This document shows positions 36,728 to 45,958 of a stretch of 64,000 nucleotides of DNA, piece after piece (the first letter of the stretch is position 1; each line of letters begins with the position of its first letter). The position numbers were made by a program, and so were the translations under genes. The DNA is taken from the NCBI GenBank assembly GCA_007376385.1, contig VMGC01000004.1, forward strand, positions 64,001 through 128,000, read 5' to 3'. This DNA comes from Parcubacteria group bacterium Gr01-1014_8 (lineage in GTDB: Bacteria > Patescibacteriota > Minisyncoccia > Phycocordibacterales > UBA2100). The notes beneath the pieces are model-generated. The model was given only the letters and a program-made list of their open reading frames with translations, did not search any database and had not been told where the DNA came from.

Positions 36728-37813
36728 CTACAGGCCTTCAGCGCGCAAGTTCTCAATGAGAATTTTCGCGCTTTTCGAAAGTTTTTTCGGAAATTCAATA
36801 TTCACCCTAACCAATAGATCTCCTCGACTCCCTCGTCCTGATGGCACACCTTTTCCGCGTACTCGAATGAACTCTCCATGCGTAACGCCGGCAGGAACAG
36901 TGACCGTCGTCTCACCGTCCAGCGATTGTATCGTGTAGTCTCCGCCAAGCAGTGCGTCAGTAAGTTTTATCGGCAGCACCATAACGAGATTGCTCCCGTC
37001 GCGCGTAAATACTTTGTCTGCTTTTACGTGCAATTTCACATAGAGGTCTCCCGCTGATACTCCAGGAGCAGCCTCCCCCCTCCCCGGCATTCGTATCATC
37101 TCGCCATTTTCAACACCAGCAGGAACACTCACGCGGATCTCTTCCTCTCTCTTTGCTACGCCTTCGCCGTTGCATGCCGTGCATGGCTGATCCGGCACTT
37201 CCCGTCGGCCATGGCACTGCGGGCATGTCCTCACTGATGTAAACGAACCGAAAAACGAGTTGCGGCTTTCGTGTATCTGACCTTTGCCATTGCACATCGT
37301 ACACTCTGTCATCCGGGAACCCTTCTTGGCACCAGTACCAGTGCAGACGTCGCATGTTGTAACTTTTGAGATCAGAACTCGTCTCTCCGTCCCAAAGATA
37401 GCGTCTTTGAATGGTATTTCTATATCTATCGAGATGTCGCGGCCTCTTTTTTGCTTTCGGCCCGTAGCGCCGCCGAAAAATTCGCCAAAAATATCACCGA
37501 GGTCGAATTCAACTCCCTCTCCGCTGAAACCGCTTCCTCCTGCACCGGAAAATCCAGCAAATTTAGAGAAATCAAATCCGCCGAATCCTCCCGCGCCTCC
37601 GCCGCCTGAAAATGTCTTCCCGTACGCGTCATACTCTGCCCGTTTCTTCTTATCAGACAAGACGGCGTATGCCTCACTGACCTCCTTGAACTTCGCTTCG
37701 TCTCCGCCTTTTTTATCCGGATGAAATTTATGTGCAAGCGAGCGAAAGGCTTTTTTAATATCCTCCTCCGTCGCAGTTTTCTGTATACCCAATATTTGGT
37801 AGTAGTCTTTCAT
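36728..37813 (-). CDS. dnaJ: Chaperone DnaJ (type I: J domain, G/F region, four CxxCxGxG repeats)
   Basis: 'KDYYQILGI...HPDK', and 'CDVCTGTG', 'CTMCNGKG', 'CPQCHGRR', 'CTACNGEG'. The first ATG is at M4 of the track ORF, whose first codon is GTG. Confidence 0.85.
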   Translation of the reverse strand: MKDYYQILGIQKTATEEDIKKAFRSLAHKFHPDKKGGDEAKFKEVSEAYAVLSDKKKRAEYDAYGKTFSGGGGAGGFGGFDFSKFAGFSGAGGSGFSGEGVEFDLGDIFGEFFGGATGRKQKRGRDISIDIEIPFKDAIFGTERRVLISKVTTCDVCTGTGAKKGSRMTECTMCNGKGQIHESRNSFFGSFTSVRTCPQCHGRREVPDQPCTACNGEGVAKREEEIRVSVPAGVENGEMIRMPGRGEAAPGVSAGDLYVKLHVKADKVFTRDGSNLVMVLPIKLTDALLGGDYTIQSLDGETTVTVPAGVTHGEFIRVRGKGVPSGRGSRGDLLVRVNIEFPKKLSKSAKILIENLRAEGL

Positions 37814-37917
37814 ATGGATCACTTTAAGGAATATCTTTCGAAACTCCGTGCATTAGCGCTGGTAATACTTCGTTATCTCATGCGTACCTCCCGTACTCCA
37901 GAACCCTCTACATCGCA

Positions 37918-38023
37918 GTATACCCCATGAGATAATATCGCAACAAGTGCAACAATGCTGTTGATAATTTGATGCATTTCGAGTTTGATGTGTACGTGAT
38001 TCATTCTATCTCACGGGGTATAC
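37918..38023. repeat. Intercistronic palindromic element, copy A, between dnaK and dnaJ: arms GTATACCCCATGAGATA / TATCTCACGGGGTATAC with a 72-nt spacer
   Basis: Left arm 37918-37934 and right arm 38007-38023 are reverse complements apart from one A/G. Confidence 0.55.
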
Positions 38024-38108
38024 ATCCATGCTTCGTCACCCTACAAGCGATGGATACATGTGGATAGTGCGCCGCTTTGCACCTGCGCGGCACACGCTAC
38101 CGACCCGC

Positions 38109-39965
38109 TCAATCTTTTTTTGGTTCTTGGCCATCCGCAGGAGGCGTCTCGCCGCCTTGGGCGGGACCCTTCGACATGGCTTCGCCGATGGCACTCATCG
38201 CGGCAGAAAGCGCATCTACTGCATTTTTTATGGCGACCGCATCATTCCCCGCTCTGGCCGTTTTTAGCGCATCTATCTTCTCCTGAACATTTTTCTTCAC
38301 ATCAGAACCGATCTTCTCTCCATGCTCGCGCAGAGCTTTCTCCGCGGCGTACACAAGTTGGTCAGCGGCGTTCTGTGCCTCCACCAATTCCTTCTTTTTC
38401 TTGTCAGACTCGGCGTTGGCATCAGCATCCGAGCGCATTTTTTCAACGTCCGCATCAGTTAATCCGGAACGCGCCTCTATCCGTATTGATTGCTCCTTAC
38501 CAGACGTTTTTTCCTTCGCTTTGACAGAGAGAATGCCGTTTGCATCTATATCGAAACTGACCTCGATTTGCGGCATGCCTCGTGGCGACGGCGGAATACC
38601 GTCCAGGTTGAACCGTCCCAAAGACTTATTGTCTGCAGCCATCGGTCTCTCGCCTTGTACGACATGTATCTCGACGGACGGTTGGTTGTCCGCCGCCGTC
38701 GAAAACACCTGCGATTTTGAAGTAGGAATAGTCGTGTTTCTTTCAATTAATTTTGTTGCAACCCCTCCGAGTGTCTCTATGCCGAAAGAAAGAGGTATGA
38801 CATCGAGAAGAAGCACATCCTTTACGTCGCCCTGCAAAATTCCTCCCTGGATAGCCGCACCGATGGCAACGACCTCGTCCGGGTTTACTCCCATGTGCGG
38901 CTTTTTTCCGAAAAAATCCTCAACTGCCTTTTGAAGCGCCGGCATTCGTGTTTGTCCTCCCACGAGAATAACTTCATTGATATCTCCTATTTTGAACGGC
39001 GAGGCTTCCATTGCGCGTTTTGTTATAGCAATAGCTCTATCAACAAATTCGCGAGAAAGGTCCTCAAGCTTCCCGCGCGTCATCTTAATAAGGAGATGCC
39101 GGGGGCCGGACGAATCCGACGTGATGAACGGAATATTGATCTCAGTTTCTAGCGCGCTTGAGAGTTCTATTTTGGCTTTCTCTGCACCTTCATCAAGTCG
39201 TTGCCGTGCCAAGGGATCATTACGAACATCAATGCCTGACTCTTTTTTGAATTCATCAGCTATCCAATTCATGATATTCTGGTCCAGATCTTTTCCTCCA
39301 AGATGGGCATCGCCATCGGTTGAACGGACTTCTATCACGTCGTCACCCACTTCCAGAACGGAGATGTCGAACGTGCCTCCGCCAAAGTCGAACACAACGA
39401 TTTTTTCGTTCTTTTTTTTGTTAAAACCATATGCTAAGGCAGCTGCAGTCGGTTCATTGATGATGCGCTTCACATCAAGTCCCGCTATCTTGCCCGCATC
39501 ACGCGTTGCCTGACGCTGTGAATCGTTGAAATATGCGGGAACGGTAATGACCGCTTCCGTGATCGTCTCGCCCAGCTTCGCTTCAGCGTCCTGTTTTAAC
39601 TTTTGCAGGATCATGGCAGAGATCTCCTCTGGCCGGTACCACTTAGAACCCATGTGCACCTCTATGCCGCCATTCGAGCTTTTCTGCATCTCAAAAGGCA
39701 CCGCTTTCCTATCCTTTTCTACTGCAGCTTCGTCGAACGAGTGTCCGATGAAGCGCTTTATTTGATAAATTGTGTTTTTCGGATTCGTAACCGCTTGTCT
39801 TTTTGCAAGAAGTCCGACAAGCCGCTCCCCTGTCTTTGAGGTGGCGACAACGGACGGCGTCGTCCGAGCGCCCTCAGCATTTTCTATGATGTCAGGCTCG
39901 CCTCCTTTCACTATTGCAATCGCTGAATTCGTCGTTCCAAGATCTATGCCGAGTATTTTTCCCAT
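38109..39965 (-). CDS. dnaK: Chaperone DnaK (Hsp70)
   Basis: '[13 protein letters not shown]', 'DLGGGTFD' and '[11 protein letters not shown]' Hsp70 signatures, 618 aa. Confidence 0.9.
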   Translation of the reverse strand: MGKILGIDLGTTNSAIAIVKGGEPDIIENAEGARTTPSVVATSKTGERLVGLLAKRQAVTNPKNTIYQIKRFIGHSFDEAAVEKDRKAVPFEMQKSSNGGIEVHMGSKWYRPEEISAMILQKLKQDAEAKLGETITEAVITVPAYFNDSQRQATRDAGKIAGLDVKRIINEPTAAALAYGFNKKKNEKIVVFDFGGGTFDISVLEVGDDVIEVRSTDGDAHLGGKDLDQNIMNWIADEFKKESGIDVRNDPLARQRLDEGAEKAKIELSSALETEINIPFITSDSSGPRHLLIKMTRGKLEDLSREFVDRAIAITKRAMEASPFKIGDINEVILVGGQTRMPALQKAVEDFFGKKPHMGVNPDEVVAIGAAIQGGILQGDVKDVLLLDVIPLSFGIETLGGVATKLIERNTTIPTSKSQVFSTAADNQPSVEIHVVQGERPMAADNKSLGRFNLDGIPPSPRGMPQIEVSFDIDANGILSVKAKEKTSGKEQSIRIEARSGLTDADVEKMRSDADANAESDKKKKELVEAQNAADQLVYAAEKALREHGEKIGSDVKKNVQEKIDALKTARAGNDAVAIKNAVDALSAAMSAIGEAMSKGPAQGGETPPADGQEPKKD

Positions 39966-40015
39966 ATTTTTATAATATATGTTTTAACCTGCATCATTTT
40001 ATCCCTACGCTGAGA

Positions 40016-40824
40016 TTGTGCAAGTCAGACTTGCACAAACATGACATATTTATGAGCTGTCGTCAAAATCCATTGCCAAACGGACAAATTCATTGTCAAA
40101 CGCATACACACCATTTAATACGTCCTTTGCTGAATTTAAGAATTTCCGTTCGTCGGTTTCAACGACCTCATCAAGAGCGTCGTAGTCGAGTATCTGGGAT
40201 CGCCGCGAGCCTAGAACGTCTATAAGGCTCGCGAATGGATATGCTCGTGCCTGCTGTAATGCCTCATCGTATTTCTGAAAAGCACTATCTAAGCCGCCGG
40301 GGAATCTCTCGAACGGATTTTTGACGGTAATGTATGCAAGTAAATATTGCAGATATTCATCATCATGGACGGTGCGAGCTTTGTACGAACTCTGAAACAG
40401 AGTTCCCTCTTCGCTGTACTTGGCGTTGAAATATGCTGCCATACTCGTGCATAGTCTCTGCATAAAAGCGCTGATACCATTTTCTACGTTCTCGCGTACG
40501 AGCAAATGGAAGTGATTATCCATAAGACAGAACGCTAAGATTGACACGTATGGCTTTTGCTTTCGCCAATGTTCAGGACGTGAAAATCCGGCACGAATAT
40601 TGTCTGGGCCGATATCGCGCTCCCAATTCCGCGGCGTGTTGTCGTCGTTTAGGTAACGTAGGAGTTTAAGAAATCGCCACCGGTCGTCATCGTCTCGGAT
40701 TATGCTCATGCCGCGTGTACCTCTCTTCATTACATGCACGTACGAGCCGACGGAATACGGTTCTCTTCTCATACTTGACAGATTACATTATTCTTCTGCA
40801 CTTGTGCAAGTCAGACTTGCACAA
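40016..40824 (-). mobile_element. IS200/IS605- or RAYT-like element: Y1 (HUH) transposase flanked by two direct copies of a 23-bp hairpin TTGTGCAAGTCAGACTTGCACAA
   Basis: Hairpins at 40016-40038 and 40802-40824 have 11-bp palindromic arms, and each is followed by CATGAC. The insertion splits grpE from dnaK. Confidence 0.6.
40050..40772 (-). CDS. HUH-Y1 single-strand transposase (IS200/IS605 TnpA / REP-associated tyrosine transposase-like)
   Basis: 'YVHVMKRG...RWRFLKLL' parallels the N-terminal beta-strands of TnpA. 'FCLMDNHFHLLV' is the HUH motif, and 'GTLFQSSYKART' carries the candidate catalytic Tyr. Confidence 0.55.
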   Translation of the reverse strand: MRREPYSVGSYVHVMKRGTRGMSIIRDDDDRWRFLKLLRYLNDDNTPRNWERDIGPDNIRAGFSRPEHWRKQKPYVSILAFCLMDNHFHLLVRENVENGISAFMQRLCTSMAAYFNAKYSEEGTLFQSSYKARTVHDDEYLQYLLAYITVKNPFERFPGGLDSAFQKYDEALQQARAYPFASLIDVLGSRRSQILDYDALDEVVETDERKFLNSAKDVLNGVYAFDNEFVRLAMDFDDSS

Positions 40825-40842
40825 CGCATGACTTTTCCAGTT

Positions 40843-41448
40843 TCAACCCTCTAATTTGTACATTGTGATATGCGCCGGACGAAGAATGCGACCCCCTAAC
40901 TTCCAACCTCGCCTCACGATACGAGCAACAGTACCAGGCTCGCCCTCTTCATCAACTTCTTGCACGATGTCATGCATTGTCGGATCGTATTTCTCGCCCG
41001 GCTTTCCAAAAGGCACCACACTGGCACTTTCAAGAGCACTTTCGAGCTGTGCCTTTATCCCTTCCAAGCCTGCCCTCCACGTCGCATCCACAGTCTGCCA
41101 GGATGGTGAGAGGGATGCCATGTCAAAACTATCGAGTGCTGGGATGAGAGCCTCGATAAGGCGAGCTACCCTTGCAGTACTTGCCCTTTCGACCATACTC
41201 TCGGCTTCCTTTTTTTGGTTTACCGCATCAGCTTTGCATCTTTGCCATCCATCCAAGAATTCCTGCCGTTCCTTTTTTGCCTGCGCAAGTTCATCGCGCA
41301 ACTTTTTCAACTTCGCTTTTGCGGCATCAAGATCGCTGAGCTCCGCCTCGTCGTCGACAAGTCGAGACGGATAGTCCTCGGGTTCGAAATCGATATCTTC
41401 CTTTAGGTCATCGTCATCCATCGCGCAAAGTATATCAAAATTGTGCAA
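40843..41448 (-). CDS. grpE: Nucleotide exchange factor GrpE
   Basis: Acidic N-terminus, long coiled coil 'KAKLKKLRDELAQAKKERQEFLDGWQRCKAD' and C-terminal beta-domain '...VVPFGKPGEKYDPTMHDIVQEV'. Confidence 0.8.
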   Translation of the reverse strand: MHNFDILCAMDDDDLKEDIDFEPEDYPSRLVDDEAELSDLDAAKAKLKKLRDELAQAKKERQEFLDGWQRCKADAVNQKKEAESMVERASTARVARLIEALIPALDSFDMASLSPSWQTVDATWRAGLEGIKAQLESALESASVVPFGKPGEKYDPTMHDIVQEVDEEGEPGTVARIVRRGWKLGGRILRPAHITMYKLEG

Positions 41449-41470
41449 CTTCGGAGAATGTCAGAGATAT

Positions 41471-41836
41471 TTAATGAATATAAAGAGTTGCATCGACGTA
41501 CGATTGGAAAAAGCTGTAGATGATAAAGATCACAAATACAATCAGGGGCAACGCCGTCACAAGTGTGGTCCACATGTAGTATCGACGTGATATCCCGGCT
41601 CGTTTCATCGCGAATAATATGATCACGCCGATGAGCGTCATCACGCCACTGGGAATAACAGCAAAAAAGATAAACATGACGGCAAAGACTAAAGGTATAA
41701 CCAATCCTTCTAAACCCGTGTGTATCTTCTGTGCTTCAAGAAGGCTTCTGAACGTCAAAATTGTTCCAAGTATGGGAACAGCGGCACAAAGACCAAAGAG
41801 GATTTTGTAGGAGCGCGATATAAATTTCTCGCCCAT
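41471..41836 (-). CDS. Hypothetical 4-TM membrane protein
   Basis: Start moved to the second Met (MGEKF) to avoid a 16-nt overlap with rpsI; this is uncertain. Confidence 0.35.
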   Translation of the reverse strand: MGEKFISRSYKILFGLCAAVPILGTILTFRSLLEAQKIHTGLEGLVIPLVFAVMFIFFAVIPSGVMTLIGVIILFAMKRAGISRRYYMWTTLVTALPLIVFVIFIIYSFFQSYVDATLYIH

Positions 41837-41838
41837 GC

Positions 41839-42234
41839 TTATCGCTTCGACCATTGCGGCGCACGTCGTGCAGCTTTAAGTCCGAATTTCTTTCTTTCTT
41901 TTGCTCGCGGATCGCGCTTCAGAAAGCCTCTTTGTTTTAGGTCTTTTCGGAACGATGCCTCTATATCAACCAGTGCGCGTGCAATGCCATGTCTCAGGGC
42001 ATCTGCCTGCGCCTTTTTGCCTCCGCCCTTCACTTTGGCTGTAACCGCATATGTACCGCCTACCGCTTTGAGGGGAGAAGTCACGGTATCTACCATGAGA
42101 GGGATCTGAAAGTAATCGATAGCATCCTTGTCGTTCACCTGTATCGAAATATTCTTTGCACTCACGAGCCTTACCCGCGCCGTTGCTGTTTTGCGACGTC
42201 CGACTGCCTCCGTGTACGATGTGATTTTGCTCAT
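41839..42234 (-). CDS. rpsI: 30S ribosomal protein S9
   Basis: 'GRRKTATARVRLV' and C-terminal '...RRAPQWSKR'. Confidence 0.85.
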   Translation of the reverse strand: MSKITSYTEAVGRRKTATARVRLVSAKNISIQVNDKDAIDYFQIPLMVDTVTSPLKAVGGTYAVTAKVKGGGKKAQADALRHGIARALVDIEASFRKDLKQRGFLKRDPRAKERKKFGLKAARRAPQWSKR

Positions 42235-42256
42235 GACAAGTTGGTGAGTGTAAAGA

Positions 42257-42610
42257 TTATTCCGTGATGTGCAAGCGCTTCATCCTGTTCGTTCGCGAAG
42301 CATTGCGCGGCAGCATTCTTTCTATTGCACGCTTTAATGCTTCGCCTCTGCCTTTTCGCGCAATAAGAGAACCGAGTGTTTCGCGCTTTAATCCGCCCGG
42401 ATGCCCTGAATATGTGTGATACATTTTTTTCTGTCTCTTTTTTTCAGGTAGGTACAACTTTGCCGCGTTTGTGATGGAAACTTTGACTGCCGATAAGATA
42501 TGCCTTGTATACGAAGGATCCGTCTTCCCCATAAGCGCCTTGGCGGCCTGCGATGCTACACGTCCAAGTTTTTTTCCCGCAGCATCGATGGTGTATTCAG
42601 TATGGGTCAT
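42257..42610 (-). CDS. rplM: 50S ribosomal protein L13
   Basis: '...IDAAGKKLGRVASQAAKALMGK' matches the L13 N-terminus, 117 aa. Confidence 0.8.
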   Translation of the reverse strand: MTHTEYTIDAAGKKLGRVASQAAKALMGKTDPSYTRHILSAVKVSITNAAKLYLPEKKRQKKMYHTYSGHPGGLKRETLGSLIARKGRGEALKRAIERMLPRNASRTNRMKRLHITE

Positions 42611-42612
42611 AG

Positions 42613-42969
42613 TTATTGTACGAATTCAATGCGTGCAGACTCGCTGACTCGTTTGCCAATCCTGCCTAATTTTATGACCCGTGTGTACCCCCCGGCACGG
42701 GACATGTATCGCGGCGCGATGGTATCGTGAAGTCTCTTTACAGCATCTGCCGCGTTCCCCAATCGCTCCGATATGATCCTTTTTGATTGCAATGTATTCA
42801 CCTTGCTTGCTGTGACAAGACGCTCCATGTACGGGCGAAGCTCCTTGGCTTTTGCGGCAGTTGTCGTAATACCTCCCTCAAGAACGAGCGAGCGTGCAAG
42901 GCCGCGAAGCAGCGCAACGCGCTGGCGCTTCGTGCGGCCGAGTGTTCGTGTGTTCTTGTGATGACGCAT
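42613..42969 (-). CDS. rplQ: 50S ribosomal protein L17
   Basis: 'MRHHKNTRTLGRTKRQRVALLRGLARSLV' matches the L17 N-terminus. Confidence 0.8.
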   Translation of the reverse strand: MRHHKNTRTLGRTKRQRVALLRGLARSLVLEGGITTTAAKAKELRPYMERLVTASKVNTLQSKRIISERLGNAADAVKRLHDTIAPRYMSRAGGYTRVIKLGRIGKRVSESARIEFVQ

Positions 42970-42972
42970 ATT

Positions 42973-43941
42973 TTATTGCGTGCGAAGAGTCAGTCCCAAA
43001 TTAGAGAGGGCGCGCTTTATGTCCTGCAAGCCCTTCTGACCCAGTCCTTCGATCGAAAGCAGGTCGTCTTCTCGCTTCCTGACAAGACCTCCGACTGTTC
43101 GAATGGATGCATTATCAAGCGCAGCTTCAACGCGAGGGGGAAGCTTGAGTTCAGATATTCGTGTCTTGAGCATTTCTGCGTCTGCACCCTGCAGCTTATC
43201 GTCGCGGTGCGCCGATTCATCCGCATCCTCATCCGTTGCTTCTGCTTTTTCTTCCTTGAACCCGACGATCGCACGCAGCTGATGTATCATCGTCTCCACC
43301 GAACGCTCGAGAGCCTCGTGAGGAGATATCGTACCGTCCGTTTCTATCACCATGCGAAGGCGGTTAAAATCAGTTCGGTCACCGACACGCATGTTCTCTA
43401 CTTCATAGTTGACGCGGCGGATAGGAGAAAAAATGGCGTCGAGTGCAATGGAACCGACTTCAACGCGTTCCTTTTGATGAATTTCTTTCGGTACGTATCC
43501 GAGACCCCTCTCTGCATGAACTTCCATCTCAAGCGTTGTTTTCGAAATTATTTCCGCGATATGCTGCTCTGGATTCAAGATTTCCACCTGCCCCGGCAGC
43601 TTAAAATCAGCGGCGGTAACGGTATGAGGACCTTTTACAGAGAGCGTCAGTGTTTGCGGCTCATCAGTAAGGAATTTCAACCGCACACGGCGAAGATTGA
43701 GGAGCATCGTGACCATATCTTCTCGAACTCCCTCGACCGTGGAAAACTCATGCGGTACACCGGGGATTTTTACGTGCGTTACTGCCGCCCCAGGAAGAGA
43801 GGAAAGAATGATGCGTCTGAGCGAGTTGCCGAGTGTATACCCATACCCCGGATACAGGCCATCTATTTCATAGACGCCGCTTCGCTCGTCTTCCGAGACA
43901 ATACGTGGCTTACTGGGAAGAGCTATGTGATAGTCCAACAT
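42973..43941 (-). CDS. rpoA: DNA-directed RNA polymerase subunit alpha
   Basis: 'YTLGNSLRRIILSSLPGAAVTHVKI' (N-terminal domain) and C-terminal domain 'SIRTVGGLVRKREDDLLSIEGLGQKGLQDI'. Confidence 0.85.
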   Translation of the reverse strand: MLDYHIALPSKPRIVSEDERSGVYEIDGLYPGYGYTLGNSLRRIILSSLPGAAVTHVKIPGVPHEFSTVEGVREDMVTMLLNLRRVRLKFLTDEPQTLTLSVKGPHTVTAADFKLPGQVEILNPEQHIAEIISKTTLEMEVHAERGLGYVPKEIHQKERVEVGSIALDAIFSPIRRVNYEVENMRVGDRTDFNRLRMVIETDGTISPHEALERSVETMIHQLRAIVGFKEEKAEATDEDADESAHRDDKLQGADAEMLKTRISELKLPPRVEAALDNASIRTVGGLVRKREDDLLSIEGLGQKGLQDIKRALSNLGLTLRTQ

Positions 43942-44130
43942 AAAAAAATGGCGCGTTAGGCGAAAGGAGGCTTAAAATCTGGATAAAAAAGCGATTAATA
44001 AAAGATACGAAAAACGCGAAACAGTATACCCCAACATAATGCTGTTGGCAATATTTACGTCCGTGGATAAGTTATGTTCATAAAGCTCGTTGGCATATGT
44101 AAAGGTAGGAATATATTCAAGATATACATT

Positions 44131-44736
44131 CTACCTGCTGTAAAACTCGAACACCGAAGGATAATCGAGAGCAGACTCCGTTGGTGAGTATTGTGCCTCG
44201 CCGGTAATCTCTCCTTTCATCAACGACACGTCAACAGAAAGCCATGCAGGTATAGGACGAGAAGCAGTCTCAGGGTTTCCAAGATGCGCGAAAAGTGCGC
44301 TTTTGCGCGAGCCCTCTCGAACGGCAAAAACATCGCCCTTTTTTAGTCTGTGCGATGGGACCATTGTGCGAATGCCGTTCACTGTAATGTGGCCATGAGA
44401 GACCATTTGGCGGCCTGCACGGCGTGTCAGAGCAAAGCCGGCACGATATACAACGCTATCAAGGCGCTCTTCCAGAGCGCGATGCAATGCAAGAGATGGG
44501 TTCTCGTTCTCGTATGCTTTCTTTGCATAATTTGAAAGACTCTTTTCAGTTAATCCATATGTATAGCGCACTCGCTGTTTTTCTATAAGCTGTCTTCCGT
44601 AATCGGAACCTCCGCCTCTCTTCTGTTTCTTTACCGTGCGCGCTTCCGAGAGAGCGAATTTTTGTGTTTGGCATTGTTCGAACACCGCAGGTCCAAGGCG
44701 CTTTCCGATCTTGTATTTTGATCTTACAGGCAGCAT
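44131..44736 (-). CDS. rpsD: 30S ribosomal protein S4
   Basis: Start at MLPVRSKYKIGKRLG. The C-terminal S4 domain 'LDSVVYRAGFALTRRAGRQMVSHGHITVNG' is conserved. Confidence 0.8.
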   Translation of the reverse strand: MLPVRSKYKIGKRLGPAVFEQCQTQKFALSEARTVKKQKRGGGSDYGRQLIEKQRVRYTYGLTEKSLSNYAKKAYENENPSLALHRALEERLDSVVYRAGFALTRRAGRQMVSHGHITVNGIRTMVPSHRLKKGDVFAVREGSRKSALFAHLGNPETASRPIPAWLSVDVSLMKGEITGEAQYSPTESALDYPSVFEFYSR

Positions 44737-44737
44737 A

Positions 44738-45172
44738 TTATATTCGTCTTGGTTTTGGCGCTCGCGGCCCGTTGTGAGGCACTGGTGTATCATCCGCTAT
44801 TCTCGATACTTCTATCCCCTTGCTTGCAAATGCCCGAAGGGCCGATTCCCGTCCTGCACCCACTCCGCGAATGACAACATCCACTTCTTTCACGCCTATC
44901 ATACCTGCCTTCTCGCCGACAAGTTCTCCGACCTTTGCAGCGGCAAACGGCGTTCCCTTCTTTGCTCCTGAAAAGCCAAGCGCGCCTGAAGACGACCATG
45001 CAACGGTATTCCCCTCTTTGTCGGACAGAAGTACTTTCGTATTGTTGTAGGTAGCATGAATGTGCAACGTTCCCGCTGTCATGACGCGTTTGGCTGTGCG
45101 CGAAAGCGAGCGCGATTTTAGCCCCTGATCGACAGTACCGCCTGATTTTCGAATGATGCGTTTTTTTCCCAT
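44738..45172 (-). CDS. rpsK: 30S ribosomal protein S11
   Basis: '...GTLHIHATYNNTKVLLSDKEGNTVAWSSSGALGFSGAKKGTPFAA' is the S11 core. Confidence 0.85.
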   Translation of the reverse strand: MGKKRIIRKSGGTVDQGLKSRSLSRTAKRVMTAGTLHIHATYNNTKVLLSDKEGNTVAWSSSGALGFSGAKKGTPFAAAKVGELVGEKAGMIGVKEVDVVIRGVGAGRESALRAFASKGIEVSRIADDTPVPHNGPRAPKPRRI

Positions 45173-45175
45173 ATG

Positions 45176-45556
45176 CTATGTTTTCTCCAACTTACGCCTT
45201 CCGGATGTCATCGTCTTTCGTACGTTGCCCCGGATAGTTCGAGAGTTTGTTTTTGTGCGCTGGCCTCTGACCGGCAATTTTTTCGCATGACGATTACCTC
45301 GATGCGCCTTAATGTCCTTGAGACGCCTGATATTCGAAGATATCGAGCGGCGAAGCTCACCCTCGACTTGAAATTGCTCTATTGCTTCTCGAAGCGACGA
45401 CTCCTCTGCGGCTGTCAGGTCCTTTGGGTGTTTGCCTGGATCAATGCCTAGTTTCCCCAGCGCGGCGAGAGCACGGGGCCGTCCGACGCCGTAAATAGCC
45501 GTAAGCGCTATCTCAAGGCGCTTTGTGTCTGGAATTGTTATACCTGCGATACGCAT
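45176..45556 (-). CDS. rpsM: 30S ribosomal protein S13
   Basis: 'MRIAGITIPDTKRLEIALTAIYGVG' matches the S13 N-terminus. Confidence 0.85.
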   Translation of the reverse strand: MRIAGITIPDTKRLEIALTAIYGVGRPRALAALGKLGIDPGKHPKDLTAAEESSLREAIEQFQVEGELRRSISSNIRRLKDIKAHRGNRHAKKLPVRGQRTKTNSRTIRGNVRKTMTSGRRKLEKT

Positions 45557-45572
45557 GAAATATTGGGAAAAA

Positions 45573-45686
45573 TTAACCTTGCCGTTGCTTATGCCGAGGA
45601 TTTTTACAAATGACGCACAACCTACCGCGTCTCCTGACGTGGCGACAGTGAATGCACATCTTTTTTAGAGACGATTTGACTCGCAT
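45573..45686 (-). CDS. rpmJ: 50S ribosomal protein L36, found by manual translation; not in the ORF track because it is under 60 aa
   Basis: The reverse complement translates to [37 protein letters not shown] (C-x2-C...C-x4-H zinc ribbon). It lies between infA and rpsM, as expected. Confidence 0.75.
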   Translation of the reverse strand: MRVKSSLKKMCIHCRHVRRRGRLCVICKNPRHKQRQG

Positions 45687-45696
45687 GACTCTGGGA

Positions 45697-45903
45697 CTAA
45701 CTCCTCCTTGTAATACGAGCTCGTCCGCCATAGGGGTCAAGTTGTAGTGTCACCCTATCTCCGACGAGCACTTTTATTCTGTGCAGACGCATCTTTCCGG
45801 CCAGGTACGCAAGCGTAACCTCGCCATTTTCCAGCTTCACCCGAAAGAGGGCATTTGGGAGCGCCTCATCGACAACTCCTTCAGCCATCTCTGGTTCTGC
45901 CAT
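45697..45903 (-). CDS. infA: Translation initiation factor IF-1
   Basis: '[31 protein letters not shown]...[23 protein letters not shown]' is the S1-like OB fold of IF-1. Confidence 0.8.
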   Translation of the reverse strand: MAEPEMAEGVVDEALPNALFRVKLENGEVTLAYLAGKMRLHRIKVLVGDRVTLQLDPYGGRARITRRS

Positions 45904-45958
45904 ATGATCCTGCGCGCAAAAGAGTATCAGTGTTTTAGCCCTAAGTCAACTAGACTAC

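Noticed and set aside
37918-38023. Interpreting the ATACCCCRTGAGA palindromic elements as integron attC sites or as CIRCE heat-shock operators
   Set aside because: The ends do not match the attC R''/R' cores (RYYYAAC/GTTRRRY). The CIRCE consensus TTAGCACTC-N9-GAGTGCTAA is absent from the dnaK/grpE region. Copies also occur at non-heat-shock junctions (murG-gltX, ogt).
42787-43959. 390-aa plus-strand ORF, and similar long plus-strand ORFs at 45990-46772, 47421-48035, 28049-28621, 29200-29964 and 38401-39513
   Set aside because: Each lies antisense to a confidently identified minus-strand gene (rpoA, membrane protein, ScpA, DnaK, etc.). Their compositions are low-complexity and Ser/Arg/Cys-rich, typical of shadow frames. 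No independent motif support.
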